Positions 13,870-25,000 of a stretch of DNA of 64,000 bases are shown piece by piece; the first letter of the stretch is position 1, and each line of letters starts with the position of its first letter. Below the pieces are notes generated by a model, which saw only the letters and a program-made list of their open reading frames with translations, was not told where the DNA came from and did not search any database. This stretch comes from Dicyema japonicum (Eukaryota; Animalia; Dicyemida): assembly GCA_011109175.1 (NCBI GenBank), contig RDEW01000002.1, forward strand, positions 686,676 to 750,675, in the 5' to 3' direction. The position numbers were made by a program, and so were the translations under genes.

Positions 13870-14143
13870 GCTAAATCATGAGAATCAATAAAAAAATGTT
13901 ATTTATATATCAGATTATTTAGTGGAACAAAACGCATCAAATGCGACTATGAGGATGAAGATAACATTCAATAATTATATGGAAGCTATATTGTACTTGA
14001 CTAGAAAGGCTGTGGATGTTCCTGAGGTACTGGTATTTATGTGTTCCCTCTGGGACAAGCCATATAACAGAGATTTATTTGATCATGATAAACTGGAGTT
14101 ACTAAATGACATGAACCATTCAATTAACCAGTTGTGTCGGTAA
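13870..14143 (+). pseudogene. Degenerate fragment of an EHD-family gene (middle region)
   Basis: KCDYEDEDNIQ*LYGSY plus, after a frameshift, KAVDVPEVLVFMCSLWDKPYNRDLF resemble EHD KADQ..RVYGAL..TPEV.RVYIGSFW..NRKLF; contains a stop and a frameshift. Confidence 0.6.
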
Positions 14144-14264
14144 TCTCCCCAACATTAAGAAGGCATGATAACGAACGACCCTTTTGACAATCTTCACCTA
14201 ATTTGAGTTAATTAAGTTACGCGGGCCTTACTACCTTGTAAGAGTCCAGTGACTATTAAGTTAT

Positions 14265-14620
14265 TGTTAACTCCATGCTTGCGATCTTTGGTAAGCCCAG
14301 CACAAACAGTCATACATAATTAATCCAAGGAAGGAACCCAAGGAAGAACATCTGCTTGTGTCGACAAAATCCATCTCTTCCATTTTCATCACACGTCCTT
14401 CCGTTGCGGATATCACTTTCATTCTTCTATTGATTAAGAGGATGCACCTCAAGGGTGTCTCAATATTTCCTCGACATCTCCACAGGAAAAAGTAGGATTC
14501 GACATCATCCGCGCGCTTATAGTTGCGGGATAGGGAATTTGTGACACTTTTCTAGAACTTCAAGTGAGCGATGCCACCACGTAGGCGAGTCAAACGGCAT
14601 TATCGTATTAGAAATCACGC
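14265..14620 (-). repeat. Interspersed repeat family D (SINE-like or LINE 3' UTR)
   Basis: AAGCCCAGCACAAACAGTCATA..CATCTGCTTGTGTCGAC shared with 49790-50010 and, in reverse complement, with 28284-28510. Confidence 0.75.
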
Positions 14621-14849
14621 TCAATATTAATCGAATATATATTTAATAATAGAATAATATTCAAAAAATTTAAATAACAATAAAGTGTATAATCTCAATA
14701 GGATAAAAATATATTCATTACTGTGGTTTTTATTATTAGTGTGGTCATCAAACTCAAATGATTAATTCAGTAAGACGTGTAACGGTAATGATATACATTA
14801 TTGGCAGAAAAAGTCATCACTTGATGCGATTGAAGCGCAGAAGCAAGAA

Positions 14850-16650
14850 ATGTCGACCACTGCAGATAAAATATCGGAAATCCTCCAGAAATTGTCCCAA
14901 CCATATGACAAGATAATTCGACCTCTTGAAGGAACGACTGGTTTCAATATGTACTGCATGAGTCCTCAAAGTCCAAACCACCTTGAAATGAAGCCTATGT
15001 GCTTATTCCTGGGTTCATACTCAGCTGGGAAGACGACAGCCATTGCCTATTTATTACAGGATGACTCTCCTGAACTGAGAACAGGCCCTGAGCCCACAAC
15101 AGACGCATTTCACGTTCTGAAATACGGAGAGAAGAAACTGTCAAGTGATGGAGTGATTCTAATGAATGACCCTTCGTTAGGATTTCAGAACTTTTGTCCT
15201 CAAAATAAGAATTTGAGTCGCCATTTTCGTTTGACTCGGCTTCCTAATCTCGTCTTAAAGGGGATGGACATAATAGACACTCCAGGATTTCTAAGTGGAG
15301 AGAATATGTCAGAGGCTCGAGGTTACAGCCTTCCTAATGTGGTCTATGAGCTAGGAAAGATGGCCACGAGGCTATATTTTTTAATGGACANNNNNNNNNN
15401 NNNNNNNNNNNNNNNNNNNNNNNNNNNNNNNNNNNNNNNNNNNNNNNNNNNNNNNNNNNNNNNNNNNNNNNNNNNNNNNNNNNNNNNNNNNNNNNNNNNN
15501 NNNNNNNNNNNNNNNNNNNNNNNNNNNNNNNNNNNNNNNNNNNNNNNNNNNNNNNNNNNNNNNNNNNNNNNNNNNNNNNNNNNNNNNNNNNNNNNNNNNN
15601 NNNNNNNNNNNNNNNNNNNNNNNNNNNNNNNNNNNNNNNNNNNNNNNNNNNNNNNNNNNNNNNNNNNNNNNNNNNNNNNNNNNNNNNNNNNNNNNNNNNN
15701 NNNNNNNNNNNNNNNNNNNNNNNNNNNNNNNNNNNNNNNNNNNNNNNNNNNNNNNNNNNNNNNNNNNNNNNNNNNNNNNNNNNNNNNNNNNNNNNNNNNN
15801 NNNNNNNNNNNNNNNNNNNNNNNNNNNNNNNNNNNNNNNNNNNNNNNNNNNNNNNNNNNNNNNNNNNNNNNNNNNNNNNNNNNNNNNNNNNNNNNNNNNN
15901 NNNNNNNNNNNNNNNNNNNNNNNNNNNNNNNNNNNNNNNNNNNNNNNNNNNNNNNNNNNNNNNNNNNNNNNNNNNNNNNNNNNNNNNNNNNNNNNNNNNN
16001 NNNNNNNNNNNNNNNNNNNNNNNNNNNNNNNNNNNNNNNNNNNNNNNNNNNNNNNNNNNNNNNNNNNNNNNNNNNNNNNNNNNNNNNNNNNNNNNNNNNN
16101 NNNNNNNNNNNNNNNNNNNNNNNNNNNNNNNNNNNNNNNNNNNNNNNNTGATGTGGAAATAGATCGAATGTAATTTCCTTTAAGCAAATCTAACTTTGAA
16201 ACATTCCAAACTATAATGAAATAACCAAATTATGTAGGCAGCATCCTTTCGTTACCCTAATGACTTCCAAATATAAATACAAACTGCACATAAACCGAAG
16301 TTTTAAAGCTTGAAGAGAAGTTGGTTGAATTGATGAAGGTATTAGATTCTAAAGGTATTTTTTGAAAAAATCAATTTTTTCAAGTGGTTTATGAAGCCCT
16401 AAATTTATCAAGGAGGCATTGTTTGCATTTAATGAAATGAAAATTCTATAGATGCAGAAAATTTTAAACAAAAAGTGAAAAAAAGACCTGTAAGCAAAAA
16501 AGATATTGTAGTTAGATTATCTGCAAGAGACGGAACTCTTACCCAATATTGGAAATGAACAACAAGTATCTCTAATTTCTTCAATAAGAAAGTAAAAGAA
16601 AGTATTTTTATTATAAGCAACATGCGTGAAATCATAATAGTTATAATTTC
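14850..16650 (+). CDS. EHD: EH domain-containing (EHD/RME-1) dynamin-like ATPase; middle lost in N gap; 3' exons uncertain
   Basis: KPMCLFLGSYSAGKTT (P-loop), RTGPEPTTD, IIDTPGFLSGE, ARGY match EHD family motifs; after the gap PNYNEITKLCRQHPF and LTQYWK-like segments are weakly consistent with the EHD C-terminus. Confidence 0.85.
15391..16148. other. Assembly gap (758 N)
   Basis: Run of N; the long ORFs 14850-16151 and 15381-16187 are artefacts of it. Confidence 1.
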
Positions 16651-16922
16651 ACTTGTGCAACATCAGAAACAATCCTCCGAATCAATTTTTTCCGACCTTC
16701 TCGATCGTAAAAGAGATTCCTCAAATCGTTCAGGTCGTCTCCACTTCTTAGACGTTTGTTCACAAGCTTTAGATCTCTGTCAATGTTTCTAGTCTACGAA
16801 AACACGGTCCCTGTCTCATGAAGTAATCCTCCATTGCTATGATTGCTGGAGCACGCAAGTCCATACGCAAGATATGTCCAAATAGCCTCCAGCGCAAATC
16901 AACAATCACGAGACTCAGTGGA

Positions 16923-17240
16923 CCGTGGCGCCATGTGGTGGTGCGTGGCTAATTGGTTGAAGTTCTCTGTGTTTGTCTGTTTTGTCCTCTCTCTTCGTAT
17001 TAGGATGGCGTCATGTGATCCATCTGTCAAGGTGGAGCCCAGTGCCTGGCTGGCACAAAAAAGAATCATTTGCTCTCGCCCACTCCAGTGGAGAAGTTTC
17101 CACAACTGCAAGTATAGACGTCTTTTACCCTTTATGTTGATTCCGGATGGACTCTGTTTCTGTAGAAGTGGAAACTGGATATACTTAATTAGTTGTTTAC
17201 TTTAACTTCTTTCTCGGTGTATCCGGGGTTAATAAATTAT
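16923..17240 (+). mobile_element. SINE family A copy 1
   Basis: ~315-nt repeat from CGTGGCGCCATGTGG to CTCGGTGTATCCGGGGTTAATAAA; five clear copies in the window. Confidence 0.85.
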
Positions 17241-17289
17241 TGATTTTATTTTTTTCAAATTAGTCACAAATTCTAAGGAACCAAAAATG

Positions 17290-17665
17290 GCCATTTTCGA
17301 TAATCGAGTGTATATGGTATTATTGAATTTACGGTACTTTTCTCATATGGCGTCATTGGATCCACCTTACTCAACAGACGGCCAATGGATGTCCGACATT
17401 CAAAAGGATATACTCATTCCATCACGAGAGAATTTAGCCCCTGAAGACGAGTTATGGAATCGACCTCAGCTACCTGGCAAACGTATTCCAGATCACTCTG
17501 CTTGGTTGAGGGTTTTGCTGGAACTCGTCAGGATGAAATGAAAAAATTCCAAAGACCACGTTAACACCAAACTAACTAATCAACAGGACCTTTCCACGCT
17601 TCAAAAGAGAAAAAGAATTAGTTAGTTTTGATTTATCCTTGATCTTTGGAATAATTTAAATAATC
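17290..17665 (+). mobile_element. SINE-like family B copy 1
   Basis: Core GGCGTCATTGGATCCACCTTACT and end AATTAGTTAGTTT..GAATAATTTAA; similar to 36500-36820. Confidence 0.7.
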
Positions 17666-17689
17666 GATTTAATGGATTAAGATGGCAGT

Positions 17690-17935
17690 CCCCCGCTAGT
17701 TTCGGGTTTTCCTTTGACTGTTGGGATCACTTTGTTAGATGTTCCTTCTGATGGCGTCATTGGATCCACCTTACTGAGGAGACGCTCAATGGCTGGCCGG
17801 CTTCAAGGGGATCCAATTATTCTTTCCCCAGGGGACATTGTCGTTACCTGGTGACAAGTTCTGGAACGAGTCAGGATCAAGGAGTTAGTTAGTTTGGTTA
17901 CCTTTAGCATAGTCTTTAGAATAATTTTAATTTAA
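17690..17935 (+). mobile_element. SINE-like family B copy 2
   Basis: Same core at 17753 and same 3' end AGGAGTTAGTTAGTTTGGTT..GAATAATTTTAA. Confidence 0.7.
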
Positions 17936-18025
17936 TTGTTGCTGATAATTTTTCAACTTTGATGTTTTGTGTTATATTGTAATGTGCTTATTTTGACGAT
18001 TTCTTTTGCATTCAGATTATCCCTT

Positions 18026-18345
18026 TTATTTATTAACCCCGGATACACCGAGAAAAAAGTTAAAGTAAACAACTAATTAAGTGTATCCAGTTTCCACTTC
18101 TACAGAAACAGAGTCCATCCGGAATCAACATAAAAGATAAGACGTCCATTACATGCAGTTGTGGAAACCCCTCCAGTGGAGTAGGGAAGAGCAAATGATC
18201 TTTTTTCGTGCCGGCCTGGCACTGGGCGTCACCTAGACAGATGGATCACATGACGCCACTCTAGTAGGAAGAGAGAGGAGAAACAGACAAGCAAGCAGAA
18301 AACTTAAACCAATTAACCACGCAGCACCACATGGCGCCACGCGGC
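18026..18345 (-). mobile_element. SINE family A copy 2 (inverted relative to copy 1)
   Basis: Reverse complement aligns along the whole of 16923-17240. Confidence 0.85.
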
Positions 18346-18639
18346 AAATACTGCTCTTTGGTTAGGCTTATACTTAGATGTACTAGAACTCGACTTGATT
18401 TTCTACAAACAAATTAGTAATATTCACTTGAGTTAAATTTTACAAATTGTTAAATTTAATAAACTGCAGCGAACGATAATCAATTCAAATTGTAGTGAAA
18501 CCTCATGCCGAAGCTGTGATGCTTATTTTCATATCCATTTGGTCGTTTGTACTTACATTAATTTATATTATTCCATTCTCACAATTGTTTTTATCTTTAG
18601 GCCCTTTGATCTCTTAGACCAATTCTCTTAATGTGACAT

Positions 18640-18960
18640 AACAGTCGACGTCTGGAGTGAAATGTTTGGAACCGAGCTACATTCGAGTTGAAATCTACAC
18701 GGGACTTTGTTAACCACATCATCGGTCCCCGCAGGACAGTTTGGGACCACCGTGGAATAACTAACTAGGGAAAGGACCTACAAAGGGAGAACTAACTGGA
18801 GATGGGCGTACTGGCCTTGTAACTACAACATTCTGGAGATGAAAATTGGATGTATAACAGTCTAGACCAGAATATGGATGGCTAACAAGTAAAGGGGGTA
18901 CCGGGATAAACAGTCCAGGCCAACTGGCAGACTTGGTAGTACCTATTTCGTAACATGTTG
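18640..18960 (+). mobile_element. 3' end fragment of the 8330-12990 LINE family
   Basis: ACCGGGATAAACAGTCCAGGCCAACTGGCAGACT matches ACCGGGATGAACAGTCCAGGCCATCTGGCGGACT at ~12899. Confidence 0.55.
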
Positions 18961-19099
18961 TTTAATTAATTTTTAATTTTTATTCTTAACATATCTGACT
19001 TATTGAGACACGTGCTAAGACTTTAGCTACAACTTTTGTCAATTCTATGATTTTTTTGTAACTTAAACTGATACTTTTTGTGTTTTCACATAGACTTTA

Positions 19100-20270
19100 A
19101 TAATATTATGACAATCTGGAGTCGGTTGTAAGAGGCAAACGTGTCGTTGCAGGTGACTTCCCAGACAAGAGGTTTCCTGGCTTCAAAAAGGAAGATTATC
19201 ATCCCATCTGGTCGTTTCCAGTCCGCCTGTAAAGACCGACTTGTTCGAGCATGGAGGGGTGTCCGGTGGCGTCCAAAGTTTGCCTAACGACTTCATTCAA
19301 GGCCAAGTGTTTGGGAAATTCCTGCACTCTTCCTGCTGAAGAGAGGGTATTGGCAAAACAGTCGATCTAGTCTCCGCATCGGCACGGATGTGAAACACAG
19401 ACTTTTAATCCCAGTCGTAATGAGATCTCAATATGGACGCATTCATCATCCAGGAAGGTTCCTAAAACTCCATTGGGAATGGCTTTAAGCCATGTACCGC
19501 TCTCGGAAGACGTCCCCTGACAACAAAGGCACGGCGATGTTGTCTAAATGACACAAGCAAATTTTAAAAAGAATTCCAGCATATAGAATCGTCCAGGCCC
19601 GCTGAAAGAACTCAGAAGGCAGAAAAAGCTGATAAGTACGCTCCAGGCCTCACGAGCATGGCCGGCGTCCTGGTCAATAGAAAATTCAGGGAGGGAGTGT
19701 AAAATCCTCTTGAATTGCGAATTCCAATCCCTCCGAGTCTAACTAGTAGCGTGGATTCTTCCATGAGTAATCCTCAAACCGGACGTTGAAGATACGCTCT
19801 ACTGTTGTACGGAAAATCCTGTTAATCTGTGCGAGTTAGTCACACAGTCCTTATGACATATGCAAGTCTCCGTACGTTGAGGTTGTTTTTCAGAAAAAAT
19901 ATGACGTATGCATTTCAAGTAGACACAGGCGATCCAGAGTCTCTCCGAGTAATATTCGTTTTTCAAGCATATCTTTCCCATTGCATTTATGGTGATTGGG
20001 GATCCGAATAATATAAGGTCTTCATCGGGTGTGGAAATATTTCCAGGAAGTAAATCCCCGAAGGATGATAAAGCTTTTGAATACTTCTCTTCTGAAAGTT
20101 CGCAATTGTAGATTTCGCATTTAGTGTAATTTAAATCCATTCCAGCTTCTGACAGAGCTGGAATTATCACCTCCAAATCCTGTAAAACGATATCTGGGAG
20201 TCATCCGAGGACCGCATCATCCAGATACCATAAGTCGAGTTTCTTGTATCCCAACTTTAACCCACTCTGA
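19100..20270 (-). mobile_element. CRE-like RLE-type retrotransposon, decayed 3' half
   Basis: WYLDDAVLG..MDLNYTKCE (RT); SGTWLKAIP..LRLGLKV..HPCRCG (Zn motif); broken GKRPDGM.IFPF (RLE). Confidence 0.8.
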
Positions 20271-23200
20271 GGATACCTCGGTGTCCTTGTATTGAGGTCG
20301 AATACAGAAACTTGTTGGAAAACCGTATTCTTGCCAGACTTTTAATTAAGCAATAATCCTAGTAAAACACAAAAGTAGCTTCCTCTCAAAAATATCAGCA
20401 TTTATAAGTTCAATCAGCTTTGTTAGATCTTAATCTGATAGGATAACTGATTGAGAGTCCCATCGCCATAATCACTGGGAATAGCATTTATGCACTTAAA
20501 AAAGAAATATACAATAGTATTCTCCCCGAATAACGAAAAGAAGATGCAGGACTTTGCATTATCGTATAAGCAGTCTGAGCAATGATGAAAAATAGGAAAC
20601 CTGCAAGATATCGACAACTTTTCCACTTTTTGAAAACCTTGAAGAAACTTGCATATAAAAAGATCTAATTGGCAGTAAATAGGAAAATCGATACTTTATT
20701 GGATTATTCTCGACCGCCTACCAATTATCCCAAGCACTACTATCCTCCTCGAAAATGAAAAACTTAAAATCATCAAAGGATGTCGGAAAATACAAATCAC
20801 AGCGTTGTCTGCTCCAGTGTGCACGAAAAGCACTTCCGAGTCACAAGAGCGGAATCTTCAATCTGTATAACTACAATTCAAACGTTAGTATTCAGAGATA
20901 TCTTTTTTAGAATATATTTGATTTCTCCCTGATTTTCCTTCGAAATTTTAATTTCTGTTCAGAATAAAGTCATCATCAAAGCTTAAAAGAAAGCCGCGTT
21001 ATTTTTGCTGTCGGTTCAAAAATGGATAATTACGACTGGAAGACCAACTTGATATAACATTTTTTTTCCAGAATCAGATGAATTCTAAGCACGTGGAAAA
21101 ATCATGGATATCGTTATGCTTCTGAACTCCAAAAACACAGGAAGACTCTTTTCTGTAAAATCAGCAAATATAGTCACATGTTCGGGGTATGACAGAAATT
21201 AGGTAGTAGCGAACCAATAAAGTACTCAGAATCACATTTATAGATCTACAACTGAGTTAGTACTACATTTTCGGCATACTCGTAAGCGGTCTTGCTTTCC
21301 ATGACCACCTGGAATAGACTGTCCTCGAAATATTTTAGGTTCGATAAACTACTTTTTAAAGATATTGTTGTCTGTGAGGTCGTTACAAAGAGTACACAAA
21401 GGTACTAAATTGTCGTAATTGTCCCTCATTTTGATCAAGTCATTGTCCTTGTTAATCTACACGTGACATTGTAGTGCCAACTAGCATGTCTTTACATTAT
21501 CTTGGACAAACCTTAAAGTAAATACGTCGTAATTGTTCCGTTTTTGTGCAAATAATGGACACCTGTACGTAACACTGATTTACCTATCTTCTCGAGGATG
21601 GTAGGACTGAAGGAAGTTATGCCAAAATTCCATTTCCACGTCTACATTCTCACACAAAAAATCCTAGTAAGACATAATTGCGCTTGATAACGGGCATTAG
21701 CCGTTAATAGATATGTGCCTCTCCAATCTTAAAATATTTCAGGAATCGCTTACCTAACATGGATGGCATTTAGTGATCTGATCGTGAAAATCCCGCCATT
21801 TATCTTTAAGAAGTTTCTCTGAATAAAAGCCTCCTCACCAATGGTTTAGAATAAAAAAAAGTCTCAGAGTTGATAAGATATTATGTGTACAATTACAAGG
21901 AATACTTTAATAAAGAAATTTTCGGCAGATTCAATTCTAGTATCAAAGGAATTAAAAAATTTGAGCAACAACGTGTAAATAATATCATTATTTTAATTCA
22001 GAACTCATAATTTAAAGTTATTTGTGTAGGAAATGCTACAGTAAGGATGTAATTACCTTAAAATCTCAAAATTATCAAAATGTAAAATTACGACAATGAA
22101 ACTACTGGTCCTACTTATTCGTGTCGTGAAAGGTAATTTCCCAGATTAGTTTCTTAGATCAGGAAACATGGCGTTGATGTTGCTGATCTAGAAATAAGTC
22201 GGGTTACAACAAGATAAAGTCGGAGTTGATCTTTATCGAAAAACGGACTTTGGGGATGAGAAATTCATTTGAAATGATTCAGTCAAAGACTGGGGACCGA
22301 TGATGGTATATTAACGTCATAAACAGTAACTGAGATCACAGATACTACCAAGTGGTAATAATGTGCACGTGTATTATTAACACCAGGTAAATGATCAAGA
22401 ATAGAGGAACCTCATATGCACGAAGAGTTCGATTGTTTATTCAATAAATGAGCGAACCAAACCTCATGTTTTGTCAACCCTGTCCATTCTATCCCCCTCT
22501 GCTTCTAATGAGGATAACTACTTTATCGGAATTGACTTTACTAAGCACAAGAGCATCCAATCGACCCAACCCTCTCTATCGTGAATAAGTGATCAAATAT
22601 CAGAAATACAATCAGTATAGAAATATATTTTAATTTTAAATGTCTACGCTAATGTTAGTTTGATTAAATAAAGGTAGAGAAGAGTTTTTCGATCCCCTCA
22701 CTCATGTAGAGGTAGAAAGTACGTCCTTGTGCATGAAACTAGAAATCATTATCCACATTATTAATTATAAATAAATACCTGCATTTATGCTATATATTAG
22801 CTCTATTACCCATGGAAGCTCATTTACCAAAGTTATTGCTCCTGTAATGTGATATAATACATCAACATCTCTTATATGCTGCCATGACATTGGAAAATTC
22901 TTTAATAGTATCGACACTGCATGAGAAATATATACCTTAATACACTAATTTTTTACTTATACTTTAATACCGAAATATACACACTTGTCTTTTATGTTTT
23001 CGGAAACTCATATCACCATGATCTCTAATTATTTTACAAACGTGTTCTGCTGACATCTTCCATTTCTGTATTTTCAACTAACAAACTTTTACGTTTGTCA
23101 TATTTCTTTGACTGTATTTATTGCCATTTGCGAGCTACAATAATTATTATTATATGCATTTCTACTCGAACACTTCTTCACTTTGCTTAAAACTCTGTAT

Positions 23201-23819
23201 ATTTCTATTATTTGGATTGCTCATACAACAACACTATTAGAATGAGTATTTTAATGTTTAATTTTAATTTTTTTAATTTTAATAATTTTTAAAATTATTG
23301 ATTAATATTTTTTATTACTTTTGTGTCACAGTTTGATACTGAGTCTGAAGTGTCTGGATAATATGAAAGTGTGTTTTTTGTCAACAAAACCCCAATGACT
23401 TTCATAATCGCGAGTGGTCCTAGAGATCGCTATATTGCTGATCTCATAGATCTCAAGAGATTCTCGTCTACAAACGATCAATTTTTTCCTATTAATTGCA
23501 TCGGTGGCCTCACAAACATCGTGAGGCTTTCAATGTCGAGCGAATTCCCATTGGCAGAGATTGGGTAGGCATTTAACCGAAAGCCATTATCCTCTATCAT
23601 GCGGTATGAAAGCAAGTGAACGGTGTTGGTTAGGTCTTTGATCAGCTCCAGAGAGTGTGAAGTGATTGCTATTTCGTCCCAAAACTTTTTATACAAATAA
23701 CTCCACCTTCAATGTTTTTACAGCCTTTTCAAGAGAGCTATAATATTTACAGCTCCGCATAGGCAAGACACAAACTTTATTTAAGTTAAGAACAGTTAAT
23801 TTTAACTAATCGTAGAACC

Positions 23820-24030
23820 AAGGAATGATCTTCACTTCCTTTTCTTGTGTGTGGGTCCTTTCTAGACTATCCAGTTCCGCAGTGAATATCCACTAATGAA
23901 GGCGTCACTCGTCAAGCCCTTTTAGCATCGTAGATGCGTGGAACCTTCCACCAGGTGAACAGCAACGAGAATCGAACCCGTAACCTAAGCCACTTTAGCC
24001 CGACACTTAAAAACTATGCCACCCATGCCA
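23820..24030 (-). mobile_element. tRNA-derived SINE family C, longest copy
   Basis: Reverse complement GGGTGGCATAGTTTTTAAG..GGGTTCGATTCTC (A and B boxes), followed by a body shared with 28545-28770. Confidence 0.75.
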
Positions 24031-24381
24031 CCTGCAATGTATAAGTGGAAATGATCTCATCAAATTGTGTGGGATCAATGAGGTTATCCAGAGCTCATAA
24101 TTAATCCCGATCTTCCCACACAGATGGGATGTAAAACTACATCTGAATACTTTTCTCGATTTCTCGTCATGCTTATTTTTTGAAGGATGAATGTGGTTTG
24201 ATAAATTTGAGGGATTATGACCAAATTGTATACGAAAGAGACCACAAATTCGTTTCCTTGACTACCTGGGAATCAAATCTGAGCAAACATATAAGAGGTA
24301 TATGTGTACTCTTATGTGCATTACTAGAATACAGGCAAAATTTCACTGTCTCTTTTTATGGTTTATGGAATTCATGTTTGC

Positions 24382-25000
24382 AGATAAATCCGTTATTTCC
24401 GATAAATCGTTATTGAGATCAGTCAATGCGTTAAGTGGAGATCATGTGTCTTTCGAATGTAAGATAGCGAAAGTAAAGCCTGAGCCTAAGATAGACTAGT
24501 TCATGAACTTTAAGAAATTGGTTCAAGTCGGTATAATCCAGGAGACAAGTCTGAAATCCCATTTGTCTCTTCCAACGGAGATTTCTTTAACATTACAAAC
24601 GCGAATGTGTCGAGGAATGTGAAATGAATGGCCTCGAACGCCTTTGGGGAGCATGCGAAAACTGTCTACCTTGAAATCACAAGTTAACTTGTTTAAAACA
24701 GTTGTTGGAAATCCAGAAATTTATGTCAATGATGGGAATGTGTTAATCTCAAAGTCATCTTTCTGAAGTCAAATCAAAGGGAAAATTAGACTCTCTGAAA
24801 AGTCTCAATATAACGTGGATTTACAATGGAAAACTAAATCAAGAAAATTTCATGTTCCAAGTCACTCAAAATGGGGACGACTTCATTTGGATTTAAGTAA
24901 CAAGGACTATCAAAAAATGGACGGAGTGGTGGATACTCTCAAATGTGTCGTGTCAGACTGTTATGCCACTGGGGAAAAAGTGATTACATGAAGAACGAGA
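24382..25000 (+). pseudogene. Immunoglobulin (I-set-like) domain gene remnant
   Basis: GDHVSFECK..PEPKID*F and VK*MASNAFGEHAKTVYLEI; 19-nt phase-1 intron 24683-24701; next domain begins IVGNPEI..NITWIYNG; stops and a frameshift. Confidence 0.6.

Noticed and set aside
14850-16187. 433-aa and 268-aa ORFs
   Set aside because: Their length comes from translating the N gap.
23960-24030. Possible tRNA gene
   Set aside because: A and B boxes are present but there is no acceptor stem or cloverleaf, and the sequence continues into a repeated body, so it is a SINE head.
24497-24627. Stop-codon reassignment (TGA/TAG read as Trp or Cys)
   Set aside because: Intact genes use TGG for Trp and end in standard stops; in-frame stops occur only in frameshifted, decayed sequences.
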